Notes: generated from the sequence alone by a model not told the origin. 64,000 nucleotides of DNA from Carpediemonas membranifera BICM (GCA_019828565.1 JAHDYR010000041.1:37615-101614); one strand, 5' to 3'; counted from the stretch's first letter, positions 1 through 12,019 are shown. Numbers and translations: made by a program.

Positions 1-416
1 TCTCCTGAACTGAGCGCCAGGGGGCGGAGGTGGCGTTGGCGTGGGGCGTGGAGGCGCTGGGGGCGGGGGTGGCGTTGATATTGGGCAATTACATAAAGTG
101 CACGGTGCTTGGAATTTCATTCCAACCTCAAAATGGCGGGAAAGCATTATTGGAAGGAACTAGTGGCAGCTATGCGGTTCTTTATACTGCAAAAGCAACC
201 AGCTGTCGTCAAAAGCGCGCCATCTACCATCAATAACCAACATCTGCGTTGCACTCAGGCCATAAGCACCAAGAAATGGTTTGTTAACCGATAATGCCCT
301 GCGAGGGCTAGGAGGTATCAGAAAGTGTTTTACACAGGTACAAGACGTTCACATTCAGTTCTCTCCTTCGTCTGACGAAGTAAGTACCACTTGGCAAATT
401 CTTACATAGGTTCAGC

Positions 417-2456
417 ATGAGCAGTTTAGGGTCGAGGACCTCCCAGTTATCCGTCCTCACGCCGAAAGTCCGGAGGGGCAGCAGCTCCCGTCCGACGACT
501 CCTTGTTCTCGACCCGCCGGAGGCGAGCGTATACGACCAGTGGACCGCCCCGTCCACTCCGGACCTCACACGGGTGCGCCGGGAGCTCTTTCTACCGTCT
601 GTAGAAAGCGACGATGATGACACGTTCATCGTGCCAGAGCCTGAGGGCGACGACGTCGATATGGAGTGGAACCCCGGTTACACATCCGACGAGGTTTGGG
701 AGAAATATCAGAGAAAACCAGAGAATCTACGCAAAAACAGTGGAGTACCATCAGAGAACTACTAGACAGCTACCTGATCAAGGAAGGAAACGCCCGGACC
801 TTACTACTGCGCAGAAGTGACGACTTTTCCGAAAAGTCCTTCGGCGCAAGCTCCACAGCCCGCAAGGAAGTACTAACCAACGTCAGAAGGATCCTCACAG
901 CCTCAGGAGTGACCGACAACAGGGACACCATCCTCAGACATCCGAACGGCATCCACGGGCTTCGCGACCTCTTCATCATGGTCACAGAGGCCCTAGACCC
1001 CAGAGAAGCAGAGATTCAGCGCATCGCCAGCTCTAACGAGCCCACATCAGTGAGACCAGGGCACAAGGACATGGCCAGATGGCCCAAGGAGCAGTCCATC
1101 GAACAAGCAGTCCTGCAACCCAGAGGCCAGAACCCCATTCAGTGGGACAACGTCAGAGACAGCGTCGAAAACAGAGAGACTGGCATGTACTCGGTCATCA
1201 CAGGGACAGCAGAGGATGAAGCCCCCGAGTGCCTCAGCGGCGAGCAAGTGTGGGACCCGTCCAACAGAGGACCCATCACCAGAGTAGCCATAGAGCAAGA
1301 GGATGGCACCTTCAGAGTTCTACTGGACCTGGAAGACACGGAGGCATGGCCCATCACCAGGTACATGGAAGAGGCAAGAGACATCCTGAGACTGCAGGCA
1401 CCATAGGCACCAGTGGTGTGGCAAGCGGCATGGAATAGCTCAGGAGTAGACACCAGCGGCCGTAGCGGTATCCGGAAGCGAGGGGAAGAGACGCCGCTCA
1501 GTGGCAAGCCGCAGTTTGCAGTAGTCAGAGCCGAAATCATCGGAGCAGAGATCAGCCGTGACAAGAGAGCCGAACATGCCTCCCAGGAGGACAGGTCTGC
1601 TAGCACGGACATCGACAGCGACGTAGAGATGACGAGGCCGGACAGTATCTGTGGTAGCCAAGCCCCGGCAACCCCAGCGTCTCAGAGGATGAACAGAGTC
1701 AGCGCCAACAAGAGAACCACAAGGACCCCCAAGCGGCTGGTGCTGGGGGCGAGGCATCAGGCAAGCGTACTCAGCTTCCTATAGACAGTGCGAACAGAGA
1801 CAAGGAGGTGCCGCCGAGGATTAGCCTGGAAGACATCGTCCAAGAGCATATCAGAGATCAGCAGGAGGCCAGAAGGATGGCGGGCGAAGGGAGGAGCCAG
1901 CCCGAGGTCAGCAGCCTGCCTGTCACAGAGACCCAGCCGAGTCAGACTAGTCCTAGCAGCGATCGACTTCGAGTGTGGCTACACAGGCAGCTCAAGACAA
2001 GGCACACCAGCGATCCCAGTCGAAGGAGGCATTGTCCTGATAGATGTGGACAGCAGTGAAGTGGTCAGCCACGGTATGTTCTACCAGGACATGCCGCTCA
2101 ACAGAGTCGAGCAGTCAAGGCACACATCATGGGCCGTCACAGGCCTACCACCAGCGACCTTCGTAGATATAGCGACAGGCAGACCCCCCAGAGACCTGGA
2201 GCAGCACGTCCACACCTTCCAGGCGTGGGGCGACCGTCTAGCGACGGAGCTCAAAGCGTATGAGAGAAGAGAAGGCTGCAGAGTCCACCTGTTCGCCAAG
2301 GGAAAGCACATGGAGATGTTCCACCTCACGGATGCAGTGAACGGCTTAGCCGCAGAGAGCAGAGAGTACTTCGCGCAGAGACTAGTGGACGAGAACGAGC
2401 TGCCAACGCTGCTGGTCAGGGCTAGACCCGACCTCGACCAGAGATTCAGAGTCAAT
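417..2456 (+). pseudogene. Disrupted ORF1 of a non-LTR retrotransposon (diverged relative of 55892-57951), including the N-terminal part of a Maelstrom-like DEDDh domain
   Basis: 666-1406 aligns by eye with 55892+ (QKQWSTIRELLDSYL/QKEWDTIRELLTDYL; EEARDILRLQAP/EEGRDILRLQAP). TAG at 1404 where the other copy has GAG. 1788-2456 has IDFECG..PVEGG..WAVTGLPP..AKGKHME. Similarity stops near 2456. Confidence 0.85.
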
Positions 2457-2557
2457 TTCAGCCCAAGGCAAGGTTACTCGCAAAGCCTGCCGGCATGCGT
2501 CCTTACGCCCCATTTTCTCAACGTATTAAATACCGAAAGAGGATAGAAATGACTCGG

Positions 2558-2623
2558 GTGATGACGGGAACCCCGAGCTCTGCCGTGATGACGGGAACCC
2601 CGAGCTCCGCCGTGATGACGGGA
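2558..2623. repeat. 27-bp tandem repeat (about 2.4 copies)
   Basis: gtgatgacgggaaccccgagctc(t/c)gcc twice, then gtgatgacggga. Confidence 0.9.
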
Positions 2624-2625
2624 TG

Positions 2626-2646
2626 GTAAGGTAAGGTAAGGTAAGG
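2626..2646. repeat. (GTAAG)4 tract flanked by a 12-bp direct repeat
   Basis: gatgacgggatg at 2614-2625 and 2647-2658. Confidence 0.9.
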
Positions 2647-3446
2647 GATGACGGGATGTTTTGCTTCACTTCGATGCTTTCTGCTATCCTCGCTTCTTCT
2701 CCTTCTTTCCGTCCTTCCGTCTGCTCATACGCAGTTCCTTATGTGTATGAGCATGATGCTGCACAGGACGAGGTTCTTGAAAACCCGTCCGGCGAGGCGA
2801 TGCCAATAACCTCTGTGGCACTCCTTGTGCATGTCTGCCGCACAACGGAGGACGAGACCCTCCTCGTGGAGCCGAGTGTTTACTTCGTGTACAGAGGCAC
2901 TTCAGGCGGCCGGACCCTCATGGAGCATGACGTTCACCGCGCGGAGCGGATGTTGTTGGTCCGTGACGACCTCAACCTCGACTCGGTCTGCCCCCACTGG
3001 CTGACACCGTTGAGCGGCGTGCGCCCCCCGAGCTCACAAACAACCTCGCGCTCACCATCGACCCAGCGCTGAAGTTCTTCTGCCCGGCGCACTCGTCAGA
3101 CAACCTGTGCCTCATCGAGGCTCTCATCTTCGTCTCGGCGATGATTGACGAGGCTGTCCGCTTCACGCACGACGGGGCACACCAGGCGGTTGGTCCATGT
3201 TAGGGAGTCGCTGTTGGCCGAAGATTACGGCATCGGCGAGGAGTTCCGCGAGCGTCTGAGGACGGAGAGCTTCCTCCCCAACTCGGACCTGGCCGAGTTG
3301 TTCCGCCTTGACTGGAGCGATATTGTTGGACACAAGGGGATGGGTGATGTTCACGTCTGCTCCTGGACCGTGAATAATCGTGATATATGAGATAGGCTCT
3401 CCAGAGCCTCAGATGCCATCGCCGCGCTCCGGGACCGCGCACAGCA

Positions 3447-4340
3447 ATGGACCGACGTCAGAGCGTCGCCTTCAACGCCGCGGTCCTTGACTGCCTAACG
3501 CCGGGGAACTCCGCCCAGGCCACCGCTCTCCTTCGCGATATCCATCCATGCGCCCCGGTGGCGCACAAGCTTGACGGCTTGATCTCGATGTTCGTCATTA
3601 GAGCAGAGATCGTGGATGACATCCTTCCTGATACGGTCAAGCGCGAGTTACTATGGGAACTCCTCCCGGTAGCCTTTATCTCGCGCATCCAACACCTCCG
3701 CCATGAAGAGGACTTTGATGCCTTTATCGATGGTCTATACGAGGCCGTCGAAGACCTCGAAGAGCTCGAAGTGGAGAAGAAGGCCTTTGAGGCCGCCGAC
3801 ATTTCCGCTCGCAGCCGTATGCGCCTTAACCTGCGCACCACCAAGAACCCTACCCAGGACCACCAGCCAGCCGGCCACATGCCCCAGGCCAACCCGATCA
3901 ACCAGAACAAGCCCCAACACCAGCACCCCGACCTCGACCGCGCCGCCATCAAGCAGTATAGGAGAGACCACAACCTGTGCCTGTACTGCGGCGGCGAGGG
4001 TCATCGGATTGCCGATTGCCCAAACAAGGGCCCGAACAAGATCAAGCGTGAGGCCGTACGGGCCCTGGATGAAGATACCACGCCCTTCGATCCCGCGGAC
4101 GCTGTAGAGCCCCTCATGGCGCTCGATACGGCACTGACCCCTGATTCCGAGGACAGCACCGTCCACTGGTGTGACGTCAGCCGGGTGTGCCTCAAGCCGT
4201 ACACCACCCGAGCCAGGGACCTGCTCGACACAGGCGCCGCCAACGCCTACGTGTCTGAAGAGTTCGCAAAGGCGGCCGTGGAAGCCACGGGCATCGCCGC
4301 ATCCCGCATAAACCGGACCGTGGACACCGCTGCCTCAACT
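3447..4340 (+). pseudogene. Ty3/gypsy-like gag (CCHC knuckle) and aspartic protease remnant
   Basis: CLYCGGEGHRIADC zinc knuckle followed by LLDTGA; no RT downstream. Confidence 0.8.
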
Positions 4341-4829
4341 GTGGCGAAGACGAGCTCGGCATCAGAGTTACACGTCCCAGCGCCGCCTCCGTCCGTCACC
4401 TCGTCGTACTCTGACGACGACTGGAAAAGCGTCGTTCGGTCGGCGTTCCGGTCGGTCTTCGCCCGGCAGTCGCGCCTCGTCGATCATCTGGCCCGCGTCC
4501 AGGTGCGCGAGGTGTCAGCTGCCATCACTGCCCGGCCGGTGGAGCCCGGAAGGCACCACTATCCGCGAATAGCATGGCCACCAGACGACCATTTCTCGAA
4601 AATGGCGGGCTCTGATGTTCTTGCAGTGCTGCTTTGGTTACTCGTTGAAGCGGCTTGGTCGGATCTCGCGGCCTTGCGAGCTCTTTCTTACGTCATAAAC
4701 ATCATCCACTGCTCTTGTTCTCGTCGTTGTTGTATCTCCGGGCGTTTTATTCCGGGCCGGCTGTGTCCTTCTGGGTCTGGACGGGCTGGTTGACAGGGCC
4801 TTACGAGGAAGTGGCGGCAGACCCAAAGA

Positions 4830-5340
4830 ATGACACGACCAAGAGTAAGAAAGAGTAAGGAAGAATATGATGTCGGCAGACGTCGTCGGTCTCGCCAGGC
4901 CCGGGTCGGCCTCCGCGTCACGGAACTCGGATTGGAGATGGCACGACGTCATTTATCACCCGGGAGGGCAGCTCAAAGGCTGATTCACTCGGTGAAATCC
5001 ATGCTGTGCATCACAAGGCAGAGTTGCTTGAGCGGAAAATGTCTGGCAGGCTTATACAGCATTGTGTTCGCGATGCACGATCAGCTCATTGTAGCAGTAT
5101 GCGTGTGCAATCGCCTCGCATATTCCAGCGACCTTACTTGCGCTTTTTGGCGGTCGCTGGTGGCTACCGTAGCCGTGGCATCGGCCGCGCCCTGGTTGAG
5201 TCTGTGTGTAACTGGGGATGGTCAGTAAGACTGTTTGCCATTCAGTCGGCAGTTTCATTTTATCTCAGCGTTGGGTTCAACGTGGATGGCTCTGAGACCT
5301 TTGATGGGACAGTGTCAATGTTCTATCGCAGCAGAACGCG
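4830..5340 (+). pseudogene. GNAT acetyltransferase-like sequence, frameshifted
   Basis: YLRFLAVAGGYRSRGIGRALV (acetyl-CoA motif A) and AVSFYLSVGF (motif B); 5' boundary uncertain. Confidence 0.7.
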
Positions 5341-5759
5341 TCACGCGGTGTCGGAAGTCGCGTGTTGTGTCAGCACGGCTGACGTAACAGACAATCCCAA
5401 GACTCTCCTGCCGTTCATCAGTGTTGATGAGACTGGGATGTGCATCGAGTACGGCGTTGGCGAGCAGTGTGTCGTGGGGTCGGATCAGGTTTGCCGCGGT
5501 CTGCACACCCGCGAGTTTGTACCGCCTCATGTGTGGGTAGGGTTCACTGGTCACGTGTGCCACCCTGACCGTGACGTTTCAACAGATGCTCTGTATATCG
5601 TTGGGCTGTCTTCCCACCAACGCCGATTGGTCCACTGACTCGTCGCGCTGGACGGGCCTTCTTGAGCTGGTCAAGGCCGAGCCCGACCTTAACACGCTTC
5701 CTCGCGGCCTGGAGGTCTTCTCCCCTTTCTGCCTCCACGCGCCCAACCCAGTTGTCGCC

Positions 5760-6551
5760 CGTCCCCCCGAGACCCAGCCCGCTCGAGCCGGAGTTGACTC
5801 AGCGCGTCAACATGGACGTCATCCGTGCGCTTCACCGCGACTTCCCCGATCTGCTGGATCGGGATGTCACCTCCCCCGATGCCTTCCGCCGCGCGTTCGG
5901 CATCCCCGCTTCGCTATGCATCGTCTGCGGTAAGCGGGTGCTGAAGGGGTTCAGCAGCACGCCTCTGCCCACTATCGCCGGATCAAGAAAGTCAGGATCC
6001 CGACGGGCACGCGATATGTCATCAGGTGCAGGAACGTCCACGCGCAAGTTGACCAAGTCAACCCACGGTCCGCCGCGCGAGGTCGTGCTTACCAAGCACG
6101 CCGACCTCAGCTGGGTGTTGGACGCGCCATGTATGACGTCCTCTGGATGGTCCAGAACACGTTGCGTCTGGAGGACTACCTCTCTCCCCGTTCTGTGCGT
6201 GAGCAGGGTACGCTGCGCCACCTCGGCTTCACCGCCGACACTCTGCTGGCAGTCATCCTGCACCTGGGCTCTCGCTGGAGCCACCACCTGTTCTCGGTTG
6301 AGGAGTCCGAGCGCATGGCCGAGGAGATGGAGGCTGACCTCCAGGCCGACCCGAACTGGAGCGGTGAGGGCACCCCGCTCTGCTTCTACTTTGAGCACGA
6401 CTGGGCTCAACATGACCGCCTGCCCAAGGGTTGGGCACTCCCCCGCGAGGTCATGATCCTCCGGGTCAACCGGGACATGACCTTCACCTGCCAGACGAGG
6501 TTTCACAGTCTGTGCCCGATATTGCCGTATACATACCTCTCCCTCCAGTGA
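5760..6551 (+). pseudogene. Unknown CxxC protein family, copy 1 (frameshifted)
   Basis: PLEPELTQRVN..PDAFRRAFGIPASLCIVCG resembles PLHLELTRALN..PAALRRAMDLPPATCLVCG near 7960-8100. Confidence 0.5.
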
Positions 6552-6579
6552 TGGTGACGGATATTGGTGTGTCACATGT

Positions 6580-7516
6580 GGGCAATTCTGGCAAATGGAA
6601 ATTATGGACGAAAATGACCCCCCATGGTGTGACTCACAGATGGGGCTCCACGCCGCGGGCTTGCCCTCCCGCATACACTCGCCAACCGCCAGCAGCTGCT
6701 GGGTCGTCCAAGTGTATCATCTAGGCTCAATGTCCTAGGTCCATCTGATGTCCGCGCGGCAGTCTCACACCGCCCGCGCGCTCCTAGCTAGAAGCCGGGT
6801 TCCGCGCCGTGTAAGGTGGCGCGGATGTCCCGGTGTGCAGCAAGGGCCAGAGGCCAATGCAATACCACGGGTCCGAAGACGCCGTGGCGCACAGCTAGGA
6901 TTTTGACATCATTAGATGGTGGCGGACTTACCTTGTTGCCGCTCCAGGGTCCCGTCGGAGCACCTGATTGATGTTGTTTAGTTCGGCACGAAGAAGTGAC
7001 CGAAACTGAGAGAGAGTGAGGAATCGTGATCTATATGTGGTAAATGAGCATCCTAAACAGATATAGCAGCAGAGGTGCTTGGAGAGCGATTATATTCGTG
7101 CGCGCGAAGGAATGTGTGAAAAAAGTGGCGTCGAAAAAAGAGATACAGAAAAAAAAGGATGACATATTCTGCATATTCTGCGCGGCCATCTCGAGGACGG
7201 CAGACGTTGCGTTCAAGGCTGTTAGTGGGGCAACCGCACTATATCCAGGCCTAGTTGATGGGTTATGCCATTGGGAGCGGGCTAAGTCATCGTCCATTTC
7301 GTCAAATGAAGGTTGGGAGGAGTGATTTCGCTGTCTTCTGCCTCATCGTATGGTTGCTCGTTGATGTCCATGCTTCAACCAGAGTCAACTGCAGGTAAAC
7401 AAGCTGGTGCACTTTTAGACTGTGGGCTCGGCAGACCCAGCTGCTGGTACACAGCCTCCTACACACGCTGCCCCATCGTTTGCAGCATGTAACCTCATCG
7501 CGGAAGCTCACCCCGG
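6580..7516 (+). repeat. Interspersed repeat, copy 1
   Basis: About 6643-7375 is near-identical to about 20469-21202; flanks are similar but diverged. Confidence 0.92.
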
Positions 7517-7596
7517 AAGTACAGGTAAGGTTACCTCCCGGTTATCACGCCGCACGCGTTCCGATACTGGGCCATTAATGGCGCACAGCCCTCGCT

Positions 7597-8530
7597 GTGC
7601 CGGGCCTATACCTGTTCGAAGCCTCTGAGTACGAGAGAGAGGCTGGTGACCGTCATGTCGCTGACGGCTGCGTGGAGACGCAGGCACTTTTTGTGCTCAC
7701 CTTCGGAGAGAAGCAGGACTGTGAGTTCTCCACTGCCACAGTGCTCTTCCGCACCAACGGGACCCTCTTCACCCACAAGGTCTGTTGCGCTGCCTCTCGT
7801 TCGGAGTGCGCGTTGCAGTTCTACGACTTCGACGCCGCTGTCGATGAGGCCGAGGTGAGAGCCATCCAGGCCGCCTCTGAGCTCGAGGGCCTCAAGCTCT
7901 ACCTCGCTCCCGCCCCCGCCCCCGAGACGCCTCAGTCGATCGCCATCCCCGATGACGACAGTCCTCTACATCTAGAGTTGACCCGGGCTTTAAACCCCGA
8001 GAGCGTCAAGGCCTGGATGGGTCGACCCGACCTGGTCAGCGACCCCGCCGCCCTCCGCCGTGCCATGGACTTGCCCCCTGCCACCTGCCTTGTCTGCGGT
8101 GGCAGTCTGTCTTCTGACCGTAACTTTGTGTGCACCAACACGGTCACCGAGCCCGACCCCCGCAACCCGGGCAAGACGAAGAAGGTCGTCTGCGGCATGG
8201 AGGGCAAGAAGCTCAACAGCAAGGCCGTCAACAAGCGTGTGCTCCGGCTTTCCAAGAATGCAAACTTCAGCATTCTCTGGGCGAAGGTCCCCGAAGTCCC
8301 CCCGAAGTTGACAACCGCGACTATGCCATGGCCCCCTTCGACTGCAAGAAGGGTGTGGCCTGTTTTGAGCCGACCTTCCACAACGCTGAGCCTCACGCCC
8401 GCGCGGCCAAGTGCGTCCTCAACCTGGCCTCGCGCCAGACGCTCTGCCTGCTCGTTAACACCGAGATGGAGTGCATCATGGGCTTGACCCTTTCCATCCC
8501 TTACCTTACCAATGAGATTGGCTCTGTCAC
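7597..8530 (+). pseudogene. Unknown CxxC protein family, copy 2 (frameshift near 8280)
   Basis: Similarity to 5760-5940; coding-like sequence continues in a second frame (EVDNRDYAMAPFDCKKG). Confidence 0.5.
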
Positions 8531-8627
8531 GCCAGTCAGGATCATCCAACCAACAGTCAACATCCCGATGACCGTAAGAACAAGCATCGATTTATCTCTC
8601 ATGAGCGCCATAAACAGGGCACGACCC

Positions 8628-10184
8628 TCACATGAACCGTGCCACAATCCGACTCGACCTTGCCTTGTGCCGCTTGAGCAGTCCCCTGTACGACGCCATG
8701 GCGTAGTGCATCCGGTTCCTCAGCCGGCTTCCCCCCACCGCACGGGCTGCCCGAGCCCTGGCGGCCACGGACATGCCCGCATTTCCCACAGCATATGGGC
8801 GACCGCGGGTGAGTTCGACGAGCTCCTTGGTGCACTGTGTCGCCGTGCTGACGAGGGCGAGGTGGGTCTGGGCGGCGGGGCCGAATGATGCAGGGATGGC
8901 GGCCGTCGCGAGCACGGTCTCGTCGATCTGCGCACAGAGGTGAACCAGTTGACCCGCAGAGACGACGCCGTGGGTCAGGGCGGCGGCCCTCAGCAGGCCG
9001 GGCAGACCAGTCAGAGTGTGCAGGCTAGGGTACGTCCGGGCAATGGCGTCCAGCCGCTTGGCCCAGGCCGAGACGGGCTCGGGCCTGAGCTCGTGTCTGA
9101 GCCGGTCAACGGCGACACCGGTGTCAACGCAGTAGGACACCTCCGCGAGGGTCTTGATGAGGCGGGTGGCGATCTTGTCGTGTACGGCGGGGTTGCTGGC
9201 CCGAACCTGGTCGAGCATCTCCTCAAGGTGCACCGCGAGTACGACTGAGCACAGGGCGTGGACAGCTGCCCACAGCGCTACGGGGCTATCAGTCGTGGGT
9301 GCAGGGACCATTGCTGTTACAGGTCCCGCCATGGCGGCCGGGTGTGGCTCGGAGGACACCAGCTGGGACTCAGTGAGGTCCAGCCCGCCTGTGGCGACCA
9401 AGGCCTCGATGTCCGCGAGAGCGAGGTAGTGGGACAGCAGCAGGGGTCTGCGGGCCTGGACGAGGGCGAGCGCGTCCATGAATAACTGTGGTGTGGGCAT
9501 GGCGGATCTGCAGGGGCAGGTGAACACCGCGTGCATGCAGTGGATCGCAGACACGTGGAGCAGGCCCGCCAGGACGGCGCACGGGAGCACAGAGAAGAGG
9601 GGGAAGGTGAAGACGAGGCGCAGAGCAATGAGGGGCACGAGAGGGGCGACTGTGGTGTACATTGCAGAGGCAGGGAGGGGTGCCCGGATGGCATCGAAGA
9701 TGCGGGTGGGAATGGGGGCAGGCCGCAGCGTCATGGCGTCGACTCGGGCCGACATGGCCAGAAGTGTGATGGAGGTAACCACTGCTGGCGGGATGACGCT
9801 TATACGGTGGGATGCGACGGTGAGGAAGAGGATTGCGGCCCAAATCATGTGGCATGACATGGCAACAAGGGTCACACGGTCGAAAACGGAGAGGATCCAG
9901 AGAAAAGTCCACCGAATGCGGTAGCTGGGGACCTTAAAGAGCTTCACAAACGTGAAGGTAAGCGGTATTGCCGCGAAACTGGCAATGAATGCTGGAATCA
10001 AGGAAACGAAGTGGAATGACCGCAATAGCGAGTAGAAGCTGATTAGCACGACATGGAACAAGCTAAACCACACAGTAGCACTATAAATACGCCACGTGCG
10101 TTCGAGTTCGGCCATCTGTCTGAGCAATCGACTTTGGCAGAGTTTTCTCGCCGCAACAAGGACACTAGCCGGCATACAACCCAT
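8628..10184 (-). CDS. Hypothetical multi-pass membrane protein
   Basis: 518-aa ORF with several hydrophobic segments in the N-terminal half; start uncertain. Confidence 0.6.
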   Translation of the reverse strand: MGCMPASVLVAARKLCQSRLLRQMAELERTWRIYSATVWFSLFHVVLISFYSLLRSFHFVSLIPAFIASFAAIPLTFTFVKLFKVPSYRIRWTFLWILSVFDRVTLVAMSCHMIWAAILFLTVASHRISVIPPAVVTSITLLAMSARVDAMTLRPAPIPTRIFDAIRAPLPASAMYTTVAPLVPLIALRLVFTFPLFSVLPCAVLAGLLHVSAIHCMHAVFTCPCRSAMPTPQLFMDALALVQARRPLLLSHYLALADIEALVATGGLDLTESQLVSSEPHPAAMAGPVTAMVPAPTTDSPVALWAAVHALCSVVLAVHLEEMLDQVRASNPAVHDKIATRLIKTLAEVSYCVDTGVAVDRLRHELRPEPVSAWAKRLDAIARTYPSLHTLTGLPGLLRAAALTHGVVSAGQLVHLCAQIDETVLATAAIPASFGPAAQTHLALVSTATQCTKELVELTRGRPYAVGNAGMSVAARARAARAVGGSRLRNRMHYAMASYRGLLKRHKARSSRIVARFM

Positions 10185-10300
10185 CCAGCCCCCGTATCAC
10201 TCACCAGACATGCCCGTAAACACATCAATTGTCAGTTTACTGGAGTGCTGATCGTTGTGGACAGATCCTACGCTACGTAAGCTGTCCCGGGCCATATGGC

Positions 10301-10782
10301 TCATCTGCGCTTGCGGGGCTTCTTTGGCTTGTTCGATGCCACCTTCTTGCCCTGCCCCTTGCCCTTGGCCTGGGGTTGTCCCTTCCTGGCAGCCGCCGCA
10401 GCCGCTGCAGCGGCCTCGGCACGCTGGGTCTGGATTGCCTTCATGGCGTCAGCAACGGCGAAGTAGAACTGCAGCTCTGTGTGAGAGGGGGGGGGGTGAA
10501 CAAACTCGAGGAGAAACTTTCGTTGCCTTCAAGAGAGAAGCGGATGCGGCCGCTGGTGAAGAAATCAGCGGGATGCCTCTTATTTGACTGTATAAGATGA
10601 TTCTAAGGGCACCGTACCTCTTCATGGAACTTAACGCCAGTCTTCTTCACGCCATCAAGCAGGAGGTTGTAGTCTGGGTTCTGGACGGCCTTTCCCTTGG
10701 AAACGATCCTATAGCGGCTTGTACGCGTAACATCAAAGTTGATAGGCCACAGTACACGCCAGCGTGCGTATTCCTCGGCCAT
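10301..10782 (-). CDS. SRP19: Signal recognition particle 19 kDa protein (2 introns: 10588-10617, 10477-10505)
   Basis: RWRVLWPINFD..RIVSKGKAVQNP / SNKRHPADFFTSGRIRFSL / SKLQFYFAVADAM, then a Lys-rich tail; removing the GT-AG introns restores the frame. Confidence 0.85.
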
Positions 10783-11011
10783 TTCTCTCAAATTCGGTGT
10801 CGTAGTCAGTCATATACATCCGTCACCGTAAACACGGGTAAATACGTAAATCACCACCATGGCTGTGATGCGGCTCCAATTCTCTCATTTACATAGCCAG
10901 TGGCGACATCGTGGTCATTAAGTTTGCCGTTTGGGTCGAGATGGTTCGAATACTGCAAGTATAACAACTTCAGCCGGGGAAGAAAGGGGCTACAACCGTG
11001 ACCTACTCCAT

Positions 11012-12019
11012 TCACTCAGGGTTGAGTCGGCCCGTGAACCCCGTCTGCATAGCCTTCTGCCTGATCCTGACGTTCCAATTGAGACAAGACCGGAGTGACG
11101 TGAACCAGTCGTTGCTGCCTCCACGACGGGACACAGTGTATAGCGGATACGGCGATCTGATTACATCAATTGAATCTCCAACCTGGAGCTCGATACGGTA
11201 CCGCCCGTCGATGTTTGCCCAGGCAGTTGATGACGACCCCTTGGGGACAGAGACGCTGAGCAGCGCGTCAACCGGCAGTGTGATAGGTCTGAACGAGAGG
11301 GAGTGGGGGCAGATGGGTGTGAACACCATGACGGGGATCGCAGGGTGGACTACTGACCCGCCCGCAGAGAGGTTGTACGCCGTTGACCCGGTGGCGGTAG
11401 CGATGATGATCCCGTCGCCGTCTACAGTTGTCAGTGAGTCGCCATCGCATGTGCACTCGAGCTGGGTGAGGAAGGCGGAGTAGCCTCGGTCAACGGCGAC
11501 TTCGTTCATGACCTGGAAAGAAGAAGTGGGCTTCCCGTCGTGGTAGACTGTTGCGGTGAAACGAACCCGCTCCAATACATCCATTTCACCCTTAGTGACG
11601 GATTGGATGACCTCGTCAACCTCGTCGGCCGTAAAGGGCGTGAGGAAGCCCAGGGAGCCGACGTTGAACGATAAAACCGGCGGTATAGTCTCGTGGAACA
11701 TACTGCATACGTACAAGAGCGTTCCATCGCCTCCTAGTGTGATCACAAGGTCGAGATCGACCTCGCTGAGATCCTCGGCACTGCAAACCTCCACTTCAGA
11801 GGGACACCGGTCCGCCACTGATGAATCTACCACCGTGGTGATGCCACTGTTCTCGAATGCCTCGTGAATCTGCTCGAAAAGACGGTCTGCGGTGGCGTCA
11901 CCGGGCTTTCGAACGACAAGGACACGCTGGGGCGGCGGCATTGGTTCTCGCGTCAGGAGGCGGCTCTTAGTATGGTTATTGCTTTCTTTTTTGTTACTTT
12001 CATCGTCGGATGACGGCAT
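11012..12019 (-). CDS. NADK: NAD kinase
   Basis: GGDGT, NE and TATGSTAYNLSAGG motifs; alternative start at 12100. Confidence 0.96.
   Translation of the reverse strand: MPSSDDESNKKESNNHTKSRLLTREPMPPPQRVLVVRKPGDATADRLFEQIHEAFENSGITTVVDSSVADRCPSEVEVCSAEDLSEVDLDLVITLGGDGTLLYVCSMFHETIPPVLSFNVGSLGFLTPFTADEVDEVIQSVTKGEMDVLERVRFTATVYHDGKPTSSFQVMNEVAVDRGYSAFLTQLECTCDGDSLTTVDGDGIIIATATGSTAYNLSAGGSVVHPAIPVMVFTPICPHSLSFRPITLPVDALLSVSVPKGSSSTAWANIDGRYRIELQVGDSIDVIRSPYPLYTVSRRGGSNDWFTSLRSCLNWNVRIRQKAMQTGFTGRLNPE

Noticed and set aside
1404-1406. In-frame TAG as evidence of a reassigned genetic code
   Set aside because: Host genes end in TAA, TAG and TGA, and the homologue has GAG here; a nonsense mutation is simpler
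2558-2658. CRISPR-like array
   Set aside because: Tandem units without unique spacers, eukaryotic context, no cas genes
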